Made by a program: the position numbers and the translations under genes. Below, in pieces: positions 12,179 through 27,100 of a DNA stretch of 64,000 bases (positions are counted from its first letter, which is position 1; each line of letters opens with the position of its first letter). This DNA comes from the human T2T-CHM13v2.0 reference genome, Homo sapiens. The stretch lies in assembly GCF_009914755.1 (NCBI RefSeq), contig NC_060947.1; one strand, 5' to 3'. The notes under the pieces are model-generated. The model was not told the DNA's origin. It saw only the letters and a program-made list of their open reading frames with translations, and made no database searches.

Positions 12179-14814
12179 TGTTCTTTCTTTCTTTCCTTCC
12201 TGTCTTCCTTTAGTGAAGTGATTTTCTCTGGTAATATGATTTAGTTTCTTGCTTTTTTATTTTTTGTGCATCCATCATATATTTTTTAGTTTATTAAGAG
12301 GCTTGCAAATACTATCTTGTAACCCATTATTTTATCTTAATAAGAACACTGTTTACATAAACAAACAAACATGGAGAAAGAAAACTAATACTCTATGTCT
12401 TAACTTTGCCCCCTCACTATTTTACTTTTTGTTTTCTATTTATATATTTTTGTACTTTTGCCAAAGTCTTGAAAAGTTGTTGTAGTTATTATTTTTGATT
12501 GGTTCATCTTTTTGTTTTCCTACTTAAAATAAGAATATTTTGCACATCAAATAACAGTGTTAAAATACCTGGGATTTTTTTGGACTTACTATTACCGGTG
12601 AGTTTTGTAGCTTTATGTGATTACTTATTGTATGTTCAAGTCCTTTTTTTTCTATTTGAAGTACTTCCTATAACATTTCTTGTAGGAATGATGTGGTGAT
12701 GTGGTGTTGAAATCCCACAGCATTTGCTTTTCTGGGAAAGTCTTTATTTCTGTTTCATGTCTGAAAACTATTTTTGCTAGATATACTATTCTAGGGTAAA
12801 AGTTTTTCTCATTCAGCACTTTTCTTACAACATGCTACTCTTTTCTGGCCTATAACTAACTTTCCCATTAAAAAGTCTATAGCCAGACATATTGGAGCTC
12901 CATTGTACATTATTCATTTTTTTTTTCTCTTGCTGCATTTAGGATTCTTTCTCTATCCTTGATATTTGGGCATGTGGTTGTTAAGTTCTTTGAGGTAGTC
13001 CTCTTTGGGTTAAATGTTTGGTGTTCTATAGCCTTCTTGTATTTTCATATTGATATATATCTTCCTCAAGGTTTTGAATGTTCTCTGCTATTATCCCTTT
13101 CAATAAACTTTCTTCCCTTATCTCTTTTTCTGCCTCCTCCTTAAGGCCAATAACTCATAAATTTGCCCTTTTGAGGCTATTTCCTAGATCCTGTAGGTGT
13201 GTTTAATGGTTTTAAAATTATTTTATTTTTTTCTCCTCTAACTGTGTATTTTCAAATAACCTGTCTTCCAGCTCAATAATTTTTTCTTCTGCTTAATTAA
13301 TTCTGCTATTAAAGGACTCTGATGCATTTTTCAGTATGCCAATTGCATGCATTTTTAGCTCCAGAATTTGTTTTATTCTTTTAAATTATTTCTATCTCTT
13401 TGTTAAATTTATCTGACAGAATTATGAATTCCTCATCTGTGTTACCTTAAATTTTTTTGAGCTCTCTCAAAACAGCTATTTTAAAATTTCTGAAAATTTA
13501 CATATTTCTGTTTTTCCAGAATTGGTCCCTGGTTTCTTACTTAGTTCATTTGGTGAGTTCATGTTTTCCCACATTGTGTTGATGGTAGTAGATATTAATA
13601 TCTGGGCGTTGAGGAGTTAGATATTTATTGTAGTCCCCACTGTCTGGGCTTATTTGTAGTTGTACTTCTTGAAAAACCCTTCCAGATATTTGAAAGGAAG
13701 TGGGTGTTGTGATCTAAGCTGTAGCTGCTTTAGGGGGTACCTCAAGCCCAGTAACACTGTGGTTCTTGCAGACTTGTAGACGTAGCACCTTGAAGGTCTT
13801 GGACTAGATCTGAGGTAATTCTCTAGATTACCAGGCAGAGACTTTTGTTCTCTTTGGTTGCTTTCTCCCAAACAGAGTCTGTCTCTATCTCTCTCTCTCT
13901 CTCTCTGTTCTGAGCCACTGAATGCTGGGAGTGAAGTGGCAAAAGCACCCCCATGGCCACCACAAGTATGGCTTTTCTGGGTCAGACCTGAAGCCAGCAG
14001 AGCACTGGATCTTGTCCAAGTCCTGCTGTAACAACTTTCTGGCAACTGCTTATGTTTGCTCAAGGCCCTGGGTCTTCACAATCTGTAGGTATATAAGATG
14101 AAAGACAAACTCCTCTCACTCTTTTTTCTCCTCTCCTCAAGCAAAAGGAAGGGGTCTCTTTTGGAGCCAGGAGCTATGCAGCTTGAGTTTGGGGGAGGGG
14201 TGATGCCAGCACTCCCTTAACTGCTGCAGCTGGCATCTCAGTAGCTTGCATGCCCTTCTATTCCACTGTCTCTATGCCCAGTTCAGCCCTAGGACTTGCC
14301 TATGAGTTTGTCCTTATGGCCTAGACTGACTTTCAAGTTTACTTAGATACCCAGAGCACTTTGGCCTTTGGTGGTGACGTTTACAGAAACTTAATTTTGG
14401 ATCACTGGAATCTGCAGTTCTCTCTGGCTAGGACTGGTTTAAATGCTTGCTCCATGGGAGGGCATCATCTGAGTTTGGTCTGGTTTTCCTTTCTGCTCTG
14501 ATAGGACAGCAATGAGTTTAATGCCTCACAATTGCTGTGTTCTCCCTCCTCCAGTGCCCAGATATAGTCTCAGCTCTAGGCTACTGCTGGAGGGGGGTGG
14601 GGGAGGTGTGGCCTCAGAGATCCAAGACTGTTTTTTCTATCTTTTCTGAGCCTCTTTCAGTGATGTGGAGTAAAAACCAGGTGCTATGAGGGTTCACCTG
14701 AATTTTGTTTCTTGTAAAGTTGTTTTTTGTGTTGATAGTTCTTAAATTGGTACCCTTTTGGGGAGCACAATTGGCTTAGCCTTCTATTCCACCGTTTTTC
14801 TCTGCCTCCTCCTC

Positions 14815-15125
14815 ATGAATCGCTTCAAGTTTTGTTTCTTTATGCGTTCTGCCACTCTATGTTCTTTAATTGGATAGTGTAATTCCTTTGCATTCGAGGT
14901 AATTATTGATCGTAAGAACTTACAACTATTACTTTGTTCATTGTTTTCTAGTTGTTTTGTAGGTCTTTTTGCCTTTTTCCTCTCTTCATATCTTTCTTTG
15001 TGGTAAATTTCTCTAATTGTATTTTTTAATCCCTTGCTTTTTAGCTTTACTGCATCTATTATAGATTGTTGCTTTGTGATTACCATTAGTCTTAGAAGAA
15101 ACCTTGTTATAACAGGTTATTTAAC
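14815..15125 (-). mobile_element. Old L1 fragment (inter-ORF/ORF2 start)
   Basis: The antisense ORF 14784..15086 contains decayed ORF2 N-terminal residues (SIITSNAKELHYPIKEHRVAERIKKQ). Confidence 0.7.
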
Positions 15126-15129
15126 AATT

Positions 15130-15290
15130 TAAGGTAATGCATATTTTAATTAGCTCTATTTAGAAATTCCACAATGTGTGTGTATATATATGTATGTGTG
15201 TGTATACATATATATACTTCAAAACACCATGTTGTTTATGATAAATATATACATTATTTGCCAACTCTTTAAATAAAACAAAAACATTTA
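15130..15290 (+). mobile_element. L1MA5-8-like 3' terminal fragment with embedded TA/TG repeat
   Basis: aattagctctatttagaaattccacaatgtgt ... cttcaaaacaccatgttgt, followed by an A-rich end. Confidence 0.6.
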
Positions 15291-15299
15291 AAAATTGTT

Positions 15300-17918
15300 A
15301 CATGCAATAAAAGCAGTCCTTAATTGTAAATTTAGAACAATAAATGCATATAAGAAAATTAGGATATGTAAAATAATAATTTAAAATTTCACCTTAGTAA
15401 ACTATAAAAAAGGGTAAATTCAATCCAACATAATTAGAAAGTTTATATAATCAATGTTAGAGTAAAAATTCACAAATTTGATAACTGAGATAGAATAGAC
15501 TATTTGAAATATGCAAATAATCAAGTCTCACACAAGGAGAAACAGATAATCTGAAAATGGCTACATCTGTTTTAAAACTTGCATCAATAGTTAATTACCT
15601 CCAAAAAATAAAAACAGCAGGCCAAAATGATTCTACTTGTTAATTCTAGGACACAATTATGGAAAAAAAAATGATAGCATTTTTTATCTGCAACTTGTTC
15701 CACAAAAAATAAAAGCAAAGAGAATACTTCCCAACTGATTCTATGAGTGAGCATTGTCCTAATACCAAAACCATTGGATAAAGACATAACAAGAAATACA
15801 AAACTTATAAAAGACTTATATCCAAAATACTTAAATAACTCTAAAAATTCAACAATATGAAAGAAAACAACCTAATTAAAATATGGGTGAAGCGTCTTCA
15901 TAGACACCTCAATACAGAAGATATAGTTAACAAATAAACAATGTAAAGATGCTTGATCAAATGGCATTAGGGAATTGCAAAGTAAAACAAGGTGTGAGAT
16001 ATCACTATGCACTTATAAGAATGGCTAAAATCCAAAATACTCAAAACACCAAATTCTGGTGAGGCTGTCATAAAATGAAGAAATAGTGCTCCTAAGTATT
16101 TACAGGCATAACTTGTTTCATGCATTTCACTGTATTGTGCATATATTGCTTCTTTTACACATTGAAGATTTGTGGCATCTCTATGTATACAAAATCTATC
16201 ATTGCCTTTTTGCATGGACTCATTTTGTGTCTTTGTATCACATTTTGGTAATTCTCATGACATTTTAAACTTTTTCATTATTAGTATATCTGTTCTGTGA
16301 TCAGTGATCTGTAATCAGTGATCTTTGATGATACAATCATTACTATTTTGGGGTACAAAGAATCATACCCACATAAGATGGTGAATCTAATTGATAAATG
16401 TTGTATATGTTCTGCTTGCTGAACTACTGGCTATTTCCCATCTCTCTCCCTCTTCTCTGGTCTCCCTATTCAATGAGACACAAAAATATTAAAATTAAAC
16501 CAACGAATAATGCTACAATGGCCTCATAGTGGTCAAGTGAAATGAAGAGCTGTCCACCTTTCACTTTAAATCAAAAGCTAGAAAGTGATTACGTTTAGTG
16601 AGAAAGAAATGTTAAAAGCTTAGATAGGCTGAAAGCTAGGCTGCTTGTTACAATCAGTTGGCAAAGTTGTCAATGCAAAGGGAAAGTTACTAAAGGAAAT
16701 TAAAATTGTTACTCCAGTGAACACATGAATGATAGGAAAGCAAAACAGCCTTATTGCTGATATGAAAAAAATTTTAGTCGCCTGGATAGAAGATCAAAAA
16801 CCAGCCAGAAGATTCCCTTAAGCCAAAGCCTAATCTACAGCAATGCCCTAACTCTCTATAATTCTATGAAAGCCGAGAGAGGCTAGAAAGGTGTAGCAAA
16901 AAAGTTTGAAGCTAGCAGAGTTTGGTTTATGATGTTAAGCAACCATCGCCTCCATAAGTCAGCAGTCATCAAAAATGAGGCAAGATTGTTCATCAGAATA
17001 AAGGATTACAAATCATTGAAGGTTCAAATGAGCCTTAGCAGTTTTTAGCAATAAAGTCTTTTTAAATTAAAAAGTATGTACATTGTTTTCTTTAGATATA
17101 ATGCTATTGCACACTTAATAGACTTCAGAACAGTATAAACACAACTTCTTATGCACTGGAAAAAATTCACGTGACTTGCTTTATGGGGATATATGCTTTA
17201 TTGTGGTGGTCTGGAACCAAACCCCAATATCTCTTTGAGGTATTCCTATACTCATGAGTAGAAAACATGTCTACACAAAAAACCTGCACACAAATGTTTT
17301 TAGCAGCTATATTTGTAATTTTCAGAAATTGTCAGCAACCAAGAAGTCTTTCGATAGATGAATTGCTATTCAAACTGTGATACATCCATACCATGGATTA
17401 TTATTCAGTAATAAAAATAAATGGGCTATCAAGCCACACAAGATCATTAAAACTACATTGCTTAGGGAATAAATCAATCTGAAAAGGCTACATACTGTAT
17501 GTTCCAACTATATAACATTTTTGAAAAGCAAAACTATAGAAACAGTAGAAATATCAGCGGTTGTCAAAGGTTGAAGAGTGAGAGGGGATTTTATGAATAG
17601 GTGAAGCACAAATAATTTTAGGGTAGTAAAACTATTATTTATGATATAATGGTGAATATATTATATTGTGAATTTGTAAAAGTTCATGGACCTGTACAAC
17701 ACAAAGAATGAACCCCAATTTAGCTATTAATTTTAGTTAACAATAATATATCAATATTATTGGTTTATCAATTCTAACAGTAATGTACTATATAAATACA
17801 AGATGTTAATAATAGAGAAAACTGGGGGCAGGTATAGAGTCATATAGGAACTCTATACTTGAGGTCAATTTTTCTGTAAACTTAAAAGTGTTCTAATAAA
17901 TAAATTATATTATTTAAA
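15300..17918 (+). mobile_element. L1MC-like element with internal deletions, interrupted by Tigger1
   Basis: ORF2 remnants. 3' UTR caatctgaaaaggctacatactgtat ... caatttttctgtaaacttaaaagtgttct. Sequence is continuous across the Tigger1 TA site. Confidence 0.75.
16103..17248 (+). mobile_element. Tigger1 (Tc1/mariner-pogo), internally deleted
   Basis: TA (16101-02) + caggcataacttgttt... 5' TIR; 3' end ggaaccaaaccccaatatctctttgaggtattccta + TA (17249-50). The transposase N-terminus is present, with a jump near 16955. Confidence 0.9.
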
Positions 17919-20392
17919 TATATAAAAGTGTTCTAATAAATTATTTTATTTAAAAATAAAATAAAATGGATAAAATTACATTGACCATCAGTGTATAAAA
18001 TCCTTGAGTTGCATTTCTGTTTTTATAGAAAAGAGTTCCAAAAGTAAAGTGAGTCAATACGTATGTCTCTTGTGCCTGCACACTGAACTTGGGTCCTGTC
18101 TCCGTTGCTCCATCTCCTATTCTCTGGAAGGCACCAGGTGACTCTGTCACAGCCCATGTCACCCTGTGACCTGGAGGTGCTGGGGAATTCATAGGGAGGA
18201 TACTGGGACACCCAGAAGCTGGGAAATGTTACTCTCCATTACTTAATTACCAAACCCTCCTGAGAACAGTTCAGTGGATGTCAGCTAAGATGGCCAACTA
18301 AATGCAGCCAGGAAAAACATCTTGCACCAAAAGACAGAGACATGAGGAAGGCTGGCAAACTGCGAGCAGATTTTTGGAAGGAAGGCGTTCAGAGTGGATA
18401 GAAGGATGCAAACACTAGGTTGGAGAGGGATGAAGCTGGGAACCCGTGACTGGGCTATTGAGCACTGGAACTCATCCCTGGCTCCCGGTGGCTCCTGGGA
18501 AGGGGTGAGTTCAACAGACAAGGAGTGGCCCCATCTTATCATGGACCTTGGAATCCTAGCTACAGGAGACCCCATGACCCCAGTGGACACTTGAGCCGGC
18601 AGAGAGAGCTGCTTAGAGAGGTGGCAGGAGCAGGACTCCAGCCTCTGCAGAACCTAGAGGGTTTGGCATGGAAACGAAACGGCTGCAGTGGAAGATGGCC
18701 AGTGATCCCCATACTCCACGGCTTCCCACATTTCCCTATGTGGCTTTAGCTTTTGGGTAACTATTGGACGTGGACAAAGCAGCAAGGTCTTGCCCATGAA
18801 ATGGGGACAGTCTGATCTGAGTGCTACCTTGTCTGCTAGCCTCTCTTGGGGCCCCACCCTGGACATACCTGCATGCAGGGCAGCCTCAGATCCTGAATCA
18901 GAAAGCTGCCCAAGGACCCTCTTTGTAACTTCCTCACTGCAGACCAAGCCTAACTTTTAAAGAGCTCCAGAAAATTGGTCCCACCAATGCACACACACCC
19001 ACTCATAGCTTTCCCCCACCAAATCCTCCTGCCTTCACTTTGCGCCTGCCAGCTCCTCATCCCATTGATGCATGGGCACTCCACTGCTGTAGCCAGCACA
19101 AGTGCATGCAAAAACACTGGAGTCCTGCCCCTGCTGTGCTGCTGCCACTGGCTGAAGCCCATGCAAGAATGTTGCCAAAGTAACCCCGCTGATGAGTACC
19201 ACACATCCACACCACTGTTGTTGCTGGCATGCACAAGGGACCACAGTCCCTGCTGCCACTATCCTAATGAAGTACTTTGTCTGGCAACCCCCATTAGACT
19301 GCTGTGACCAGAAAACTAGGAACAATTCAATCCCTCAAGTGCAACAGTTTCCTAACCTCAAGGGGCCAGAGAACAAAGCAAGGGGTCTGGTATTAGTCCC
19401 CCAGAGTTAGAGCATACATCCCAGGAGAGCTGATCTGAACCTCAGCACCCTGAAATCTTCCAGAGAGGAAGCCAGTTGACTAAACTGAACTCATAACACA
19501 ATAAAATACCCAAGGGTATCAACAAAAATAAAAGCAAAAATCCCTATACAAAGGAGAGCAACTTCAAAGATTAAAGGAATATCACCCAACACAGATGAGA
19601 AAGAGCCAGTGCAAGAACAAAAAACCAGAGTGTCTTCTTACCTCCAAATGACAGCACTCGTTTCCCAGCAACGGTTCTTAAACATGCTGAAATGGCTCAA
19701 ATGACAGACATGGGATTCAGAATATGGATAGGAATGAAGTTTATCAAGATTCAGGAGGAAGGCAAAACACAATACAAAGAATTTACTGAAAGATGAAATA
19801 GCCATTTTAAGAAAGAACCAAATTGATCTGACAGAACTGAAAAACTTACTTCAAGAATTTCAGAGAAGAATTGCATATATTAAGCAAAATGTACCAAGCT
19901 GAGGAAAGAATCTCAGAGCTCAATAACTGCTTTTCTGAATTAACTCAGTCAGACAAAAATAAAGAAAAAAAGAATAAAACACTAAAATTTGAGAAATATG
20001 GGATTATGGAGAGACCAAATCTATGACTCATATCCCTGAAAGAGAGAAAGAGAAAGCAAGTAACTTGGAAAACATATTTCAGGATATCATCCATGAAATT
20101 TTTCACAACTTCATTAGAGAGGCCAACATTCAAATTCAGGAAATGAACAAAAATAATAAAAAAAAAACCTGTGAGATACTATGGAAGACAACCATCCTCA
20201 AGACATATAGTCATCAGATTCTCCAAGAAAGTCACAGAAGAAAAAAATGTTAAAGGCAGCTAGAGAGAGGAGGCATGTAACCTACAAAGGGAATCCCATC
20301 AGGCTAACAGAAGATCTTTCAGTAGAAAACTAAAAACCAGAAGAGATTGGGAGCCTACACTCAGCATTCTTAAAGGAAAGTAATTCCAACCA

Positions 20393-22309
<1,917 letters not shown>

Positions 22310-22947
22310 GAATTTTATATACAGCCACAGTAAGCTTAATAAGCAAAGGAGAAATAAGATCCTGTTCAAACAGGATAAATAAAGGTGAAGGGAATTTGTT
22401 ACTACCATATCTACCTTATAGTAGGTCCTTAACAGTGTGCTAATTATGAACATGAAAGACTATTACTGGCCACCACAGAAAACACACTAAAATACATAGA
22501 CTATTGTAACTATAAATCAACTACACAATTAACTCTGCAAAATAATCAGCTAACAACATGATGACAGGATCAAATCTGCAAATATCATTATTAACCTTGA
22601 ATATAAACAGGCTAAATGCCTCAATTAAAAGGCACAGAGTGGCAAACTAGATAAAGAAGCAAGACCAAATGGTATGTTGTCTTCAAGAGACCCATCTCCC
22701 ATGCAATAACACCCATAGGCTCGAACTAAAGGGATCAATAAAAATGTACTGATAAAATGGAAAAGAGGCAAACAGTTGTTACTCTAATTCAGACAAACAG
22801 ACTTTAAACCAACAGTGATCAAAACAGACAAATAAGGGTATTACATAATGGTAAAGGATTCAATTCAACCAGAAGACCTAACTATTCTATATATATTTGA
22901 ACCCAAGTCAGGAGCACCTAGATTCATAAAGCAAGAACTGGGAGACC

Positions 22948-23245
22948 GCCAGGTGCCTTGGCTCACACCTATAATCCCAGCACTTTGGGAGGCTGAGGCA
23001 GGTGGATCACTTGAGGTCAGGAGTTCGAGAGCAGCCTGGCTAACATGGAGAAACCCCGTCTCTACCAAACATACAAAAATAGCCAGGCGTGGTGGCACAT
23101 GCCTGTAATCCCAGATACTGGGGAGGCTGAGGCAAAAGAATTGCTTCAACTCGGGAGTCAGAGGTTGCAGTGAGCCGAGATCATGTCACTGCACTCCAGC
23201 CTGGGAGAAGAAGTGAGACTCCATCCCCCCAAAAAAACAAAAACA
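22948..23245 (+). mobile_element. AluSx/Sz-like inserted in the L1PA16 endonuclease region
   Basis: Full dimer (ggatcacttgaggtcaggagttcgaga) with A/C tail. Confidence 0.93.
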
Positions 23246-23991
23246 ACTAAGAAATCAACAAAGAGACATAGATAATGCCACAGTAACAGTAGGTGACTTC
23301 AACACACCATTGACAGCATTAGACAGATCGGGAGGCAGAAAATGAATAAAGATATTTGAGTCCTGAACTCAAATCTAGAACAAATGGACATAACAGATAT
23401 CTACAGCACTCTCCAACCAAAAACAACAGAATATAAATTAGTCTTATGTGTTCATGGCACATACCTCAAAACTGACTACATAACTGGACCTAAAATAGTT
23501 ATCAGCAAATTAAAAAAAGTTATGCCAACCACACTCTTGGACCACAATGCAATAAAAATAAAAATTAATACTAAGAAGATCACTCAAAACCATATCACTA
23601 CATGAAAATTTAACTACCTGCTCCTGAATGATGTTTGGGTAAACAATGAACTTAAGAAAGAATTCAAGAAATTTCTTGAAATGAATGAGAACAAAGATAC
23701 AACAGACCAGAATCTCTGAAACACAACTACAGCAGTAAGAGGAAAGTTCACAGTGCTAAATGCCCACATAAAACAGTTAGAAATTCTCAAATGAGCAACC
23801 AGATATCACACATAGAGGAACTAGAAAACAAGAGAAAACTAAACCCAAAACTAGCAGAAGACAAGAAATACACAAAATCAGCAGAGCTGAAGTAAATGAA
23901 ATTGACATGCACAAAAACACACAAAAGATCAATGTCACCAGAAGTTGGTTCTTAGAAAGAATAAGATTGATAGAATGCTAGCTAGATTAAT

Positions 23992-23992
<1 letters not shown>

Positions 23993-24042
<50 letters not shown>
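23993..24042. repeat. (GA)n/(GACAGA)n microsatellite
   Basis: Visible directly. Confidence 0.9.
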
Positions 24043-24043
<1 letters not shown>

Positions 24044-24124
24044 GTTTCAAACAAACATAATCAGAAAAGACAATAAGGACTTTACCATCGACTGCAGAGA
24101 AATTAAAAAAAAAAACAAAAAATG

Positions 24125-27100
24125 AGGTTGGGGGAGGAGTGAAGAAAGATGGTAGAATAGAAGGCTCCATTGATGGTGCCCCCAGCAAGGATGCTAATTT
24201 AATAACCATCTAGACAAAAGGCCACCTTCATGAGAACCAAAAATCAGGGGAGAATTCAAAGTATCTGGTTTTATATTCATATAGCTTAAAGAGGCAGAAA
24301 AAAACAATCTTAAATTATAAACATGACTCTCCCCCCATCCCTGGTAGTGGCTGTGCAGTGAGAAGAGAGAATCTGTGCACTTGGGAGATACAGAGAGCAG
24401 CAATTGTGACACACTGCATTGAACTCAGTGCTGCTCTGTTATAGCAGAAAGCAAAACCAGACCAAACTCAGCTGATGCCTGTCCATAGAGGAGGTATTTA
24501 AACCAGCCCTAGGTTGAGGGGAATCACCCATCCCAACAGTTGGAACCTGAGTTCTGCAAAGCCTCCCCACTTCAGGCTGGAGTGCTATGGGTCCCTAAAT
24601 AAACATGAAAGACAGCCACAAGTACTGCAATTACTAGGGGAGTCCTGGTGCTGAACTGGGCTCAGAGCCAGTAGATGGGTGAGCCATGCAACCTACTGAG
24701 ACACGAGCCAGAGCTGCTGAAGGAGGGCTGGGGCCACCCTTCACTTAAACACAGGCTGCATATCTTGCAGCTCCGAGAGTCCCCTTCCTTCCACTTGAGG
24801 AGAGGAGAGGAAATCGTGGGGAGAACATTGTCTTACATCTTAGATACCAGCTCGGTCAAAGCAGGATAGGGCACTTGTCAGAGATATGACGTGCCCTTTA
24901 CAGGAACTAGCACCCAGATTACATTTCTAGACATACCTTAAGTCAGAAGGGAGCCTGCTGCCTTGAAGGGAAGAACCCAGTCTTGGCAGGATTTATCACT
25001 TGCTAACTGAAGAGCCCCATGGGCCCTGAATAGCCAGCAGTAATACCCAGGTACTACATGATGGGTCTTGGGTGAGACTCTGAGACTTGCTGGTTTCAGG
25101 TGAGATTCAGTACATTCCTAATTGTGGTGGCTATGGAGAGAGACTTCTGCTTGAGAAAGGTGAAGAGAAAAGTAAAGGGGACTTTGTCTTTCACGATAGT
25201 TACAATCTCTGTCACAGTGGGGTAGAGCACCTGGCAGGCTTTGGAGGTCCCTGATTCCAGGATTTGGCTTTTAAATGGCATTTCTGGACCTGCCCTATGC
25301 CAGATGGGAGCCCACTGCTCTGAAGGGTGACTCCCAGGCAAGGCAGCATTCACCCCAAGTTGACTTAAGAAAGCCCTTGGGCCTTAAGGAAACATTGGCA
25401 ATAACCTGGCAGTACTCCCCACGGGCCTGTGGTGGCCACAGTGTGAAGCTACTCTGCCTGTAAAAAGGGGAGGGAAGAGCAGTAAGGACTTCACCTCATG
25501 GATTGAGTCCCAGCTCAGTAATAGTACAATAAAAAAACAGGTAGGCTTCAAAGGTCTTTGACTCCAGTCCCGGGCTCCCAAATGGCACCTCTCTACCTGC
25601 CTGGGACCTGGGGAAATTTACGCCCTGAAGAAAAAGAAAGAAGCCTGACTGGCTTTGCCACCTGCTGATTAGAATTGAAACATTTCTTAAAACACAATAT
25701 ACCAAAACCTATGATACAGGGAAAACAGTAGTAAGAGGAAAATTTGTAGCTATAAATGAGATCAAAATATGAGAAAAACTTCAAATGATTAACATAATGA
25801 TGCATCTTGAAGAACTAGAAAAGCAAGAGCAAACCAAACCAAAAATTAGTAGAAAAAAGAAATAATAAATATCAAAGCATAAATAAAATTGAAATGAAAA
25901 GTAATATAAAACATTAGCAAAACCAAAAGTTGGCTTTTTGAAAAGTTAAGCAAAATTGACAAACTTTTAGCAAGACCAATAAAAAAAGAGAAGACACAAA
26001 CATAAAATCAGAGATGAGAAAGAAGACATTTATAATTCATACTGCAGAAATTCAAAGGATCATTAGGTGGCTACTAAGAAATATTACATGCCAATAAATT
26101 GGAAAATCTAGAAGAAATGAACAAATTCCTAGATATATACAACCTACCAATATTGAACCATGAATAAATACAAAATCTGAACAGACCAACAATAAGTAAT
26201 TAGATTGAAGCCATGATAAAATAAAATAGTCTGCTAGCAAAGAAAAACCTGGGACTCAATGGCTTCACTGCGGAATTCTACCAAAAGTTTAAAGCAGAAC
26301 TAATACCTATTCCACCCAAATTATGCAAAATGTAGAGGAGGAGGGAATAGTTCCAAACTCATTCTACCAAGGCCAGTATTACCCTGATAGCAAAACCAAA
26401 GACATATTAAAAAAGGAAAACTATGGGCCAATATTATCGTTGATAAATATTTATGTAAAAATAATCAACAAAATACTAGCAAATAAAATTTGACAACACA
26501 TCAAATGCATCACTCATCATAATCAAGTGGTATTCAGCCCAGGGATACAAAGGTGGTTCAACATAGGCAAATCAGTTAATGTGATACATCATACAAACAG
26601 AATGAAGGGAAAAAAACTGTATGATAATTTCAGTTTATGCTGTAAAAACCTTTGATAAAAGTAAACATCCCTTCATGATAAAAGAGCTTAAAAAAACTGG
26701 AGATGAAAGAAACATATTGCAACATAATTAAAGCCATATATGACAGACCCACAGCTGGTATCATAGAAAGATTTTTCTAATATTTGGAATATACCAAGGA
26801 TGCCCTCCTTCACCACTGTTATTTACATCAAAATGGAAGTCCTAACTAAAGCAATTAGACAAGAGAAAGAAGTAAAGGACATTCAAAATAAAATGAAAGA
26901 ATTCAAGTCATACTTGTTTGCAGATGACATCATCTTACCTTTGGAAAATCATAAAGACTCTACCAGAAACTATTAGAATGGATAAATAAATCCAGAAGTT
27001 GCAAGATACAAAGTCAACATAAAAAAAAATCAGTGCCATTTTCACATGTCAAGGGAGAACAATCTGAAAAAAAAATCAATAAATTAATGACATTTACAAT

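Larger units (their letters stand above)
10410..14812 (-). mobile_element. L1M (L1MA1-4 era) 5' half: 5' UTR, ORF1 and endonuclease region, interrupted at 10974-11554
   Basis: Antisense 5' end (rc gaggcagagaaaaacggtggaatagaaggc) at ~14780-14812, homologous to the 5' UTR at 24125+. Collinear antisense ORF1/EN sequence leftwards. Confidence 0.85.

Noticed and set aside
17884-17940. Repeat of aaaagtgttctaataaa as a TSD
   Set aside because: Both copies lie at the AT-rich L1MC tail with no insert between them; simple slippage.
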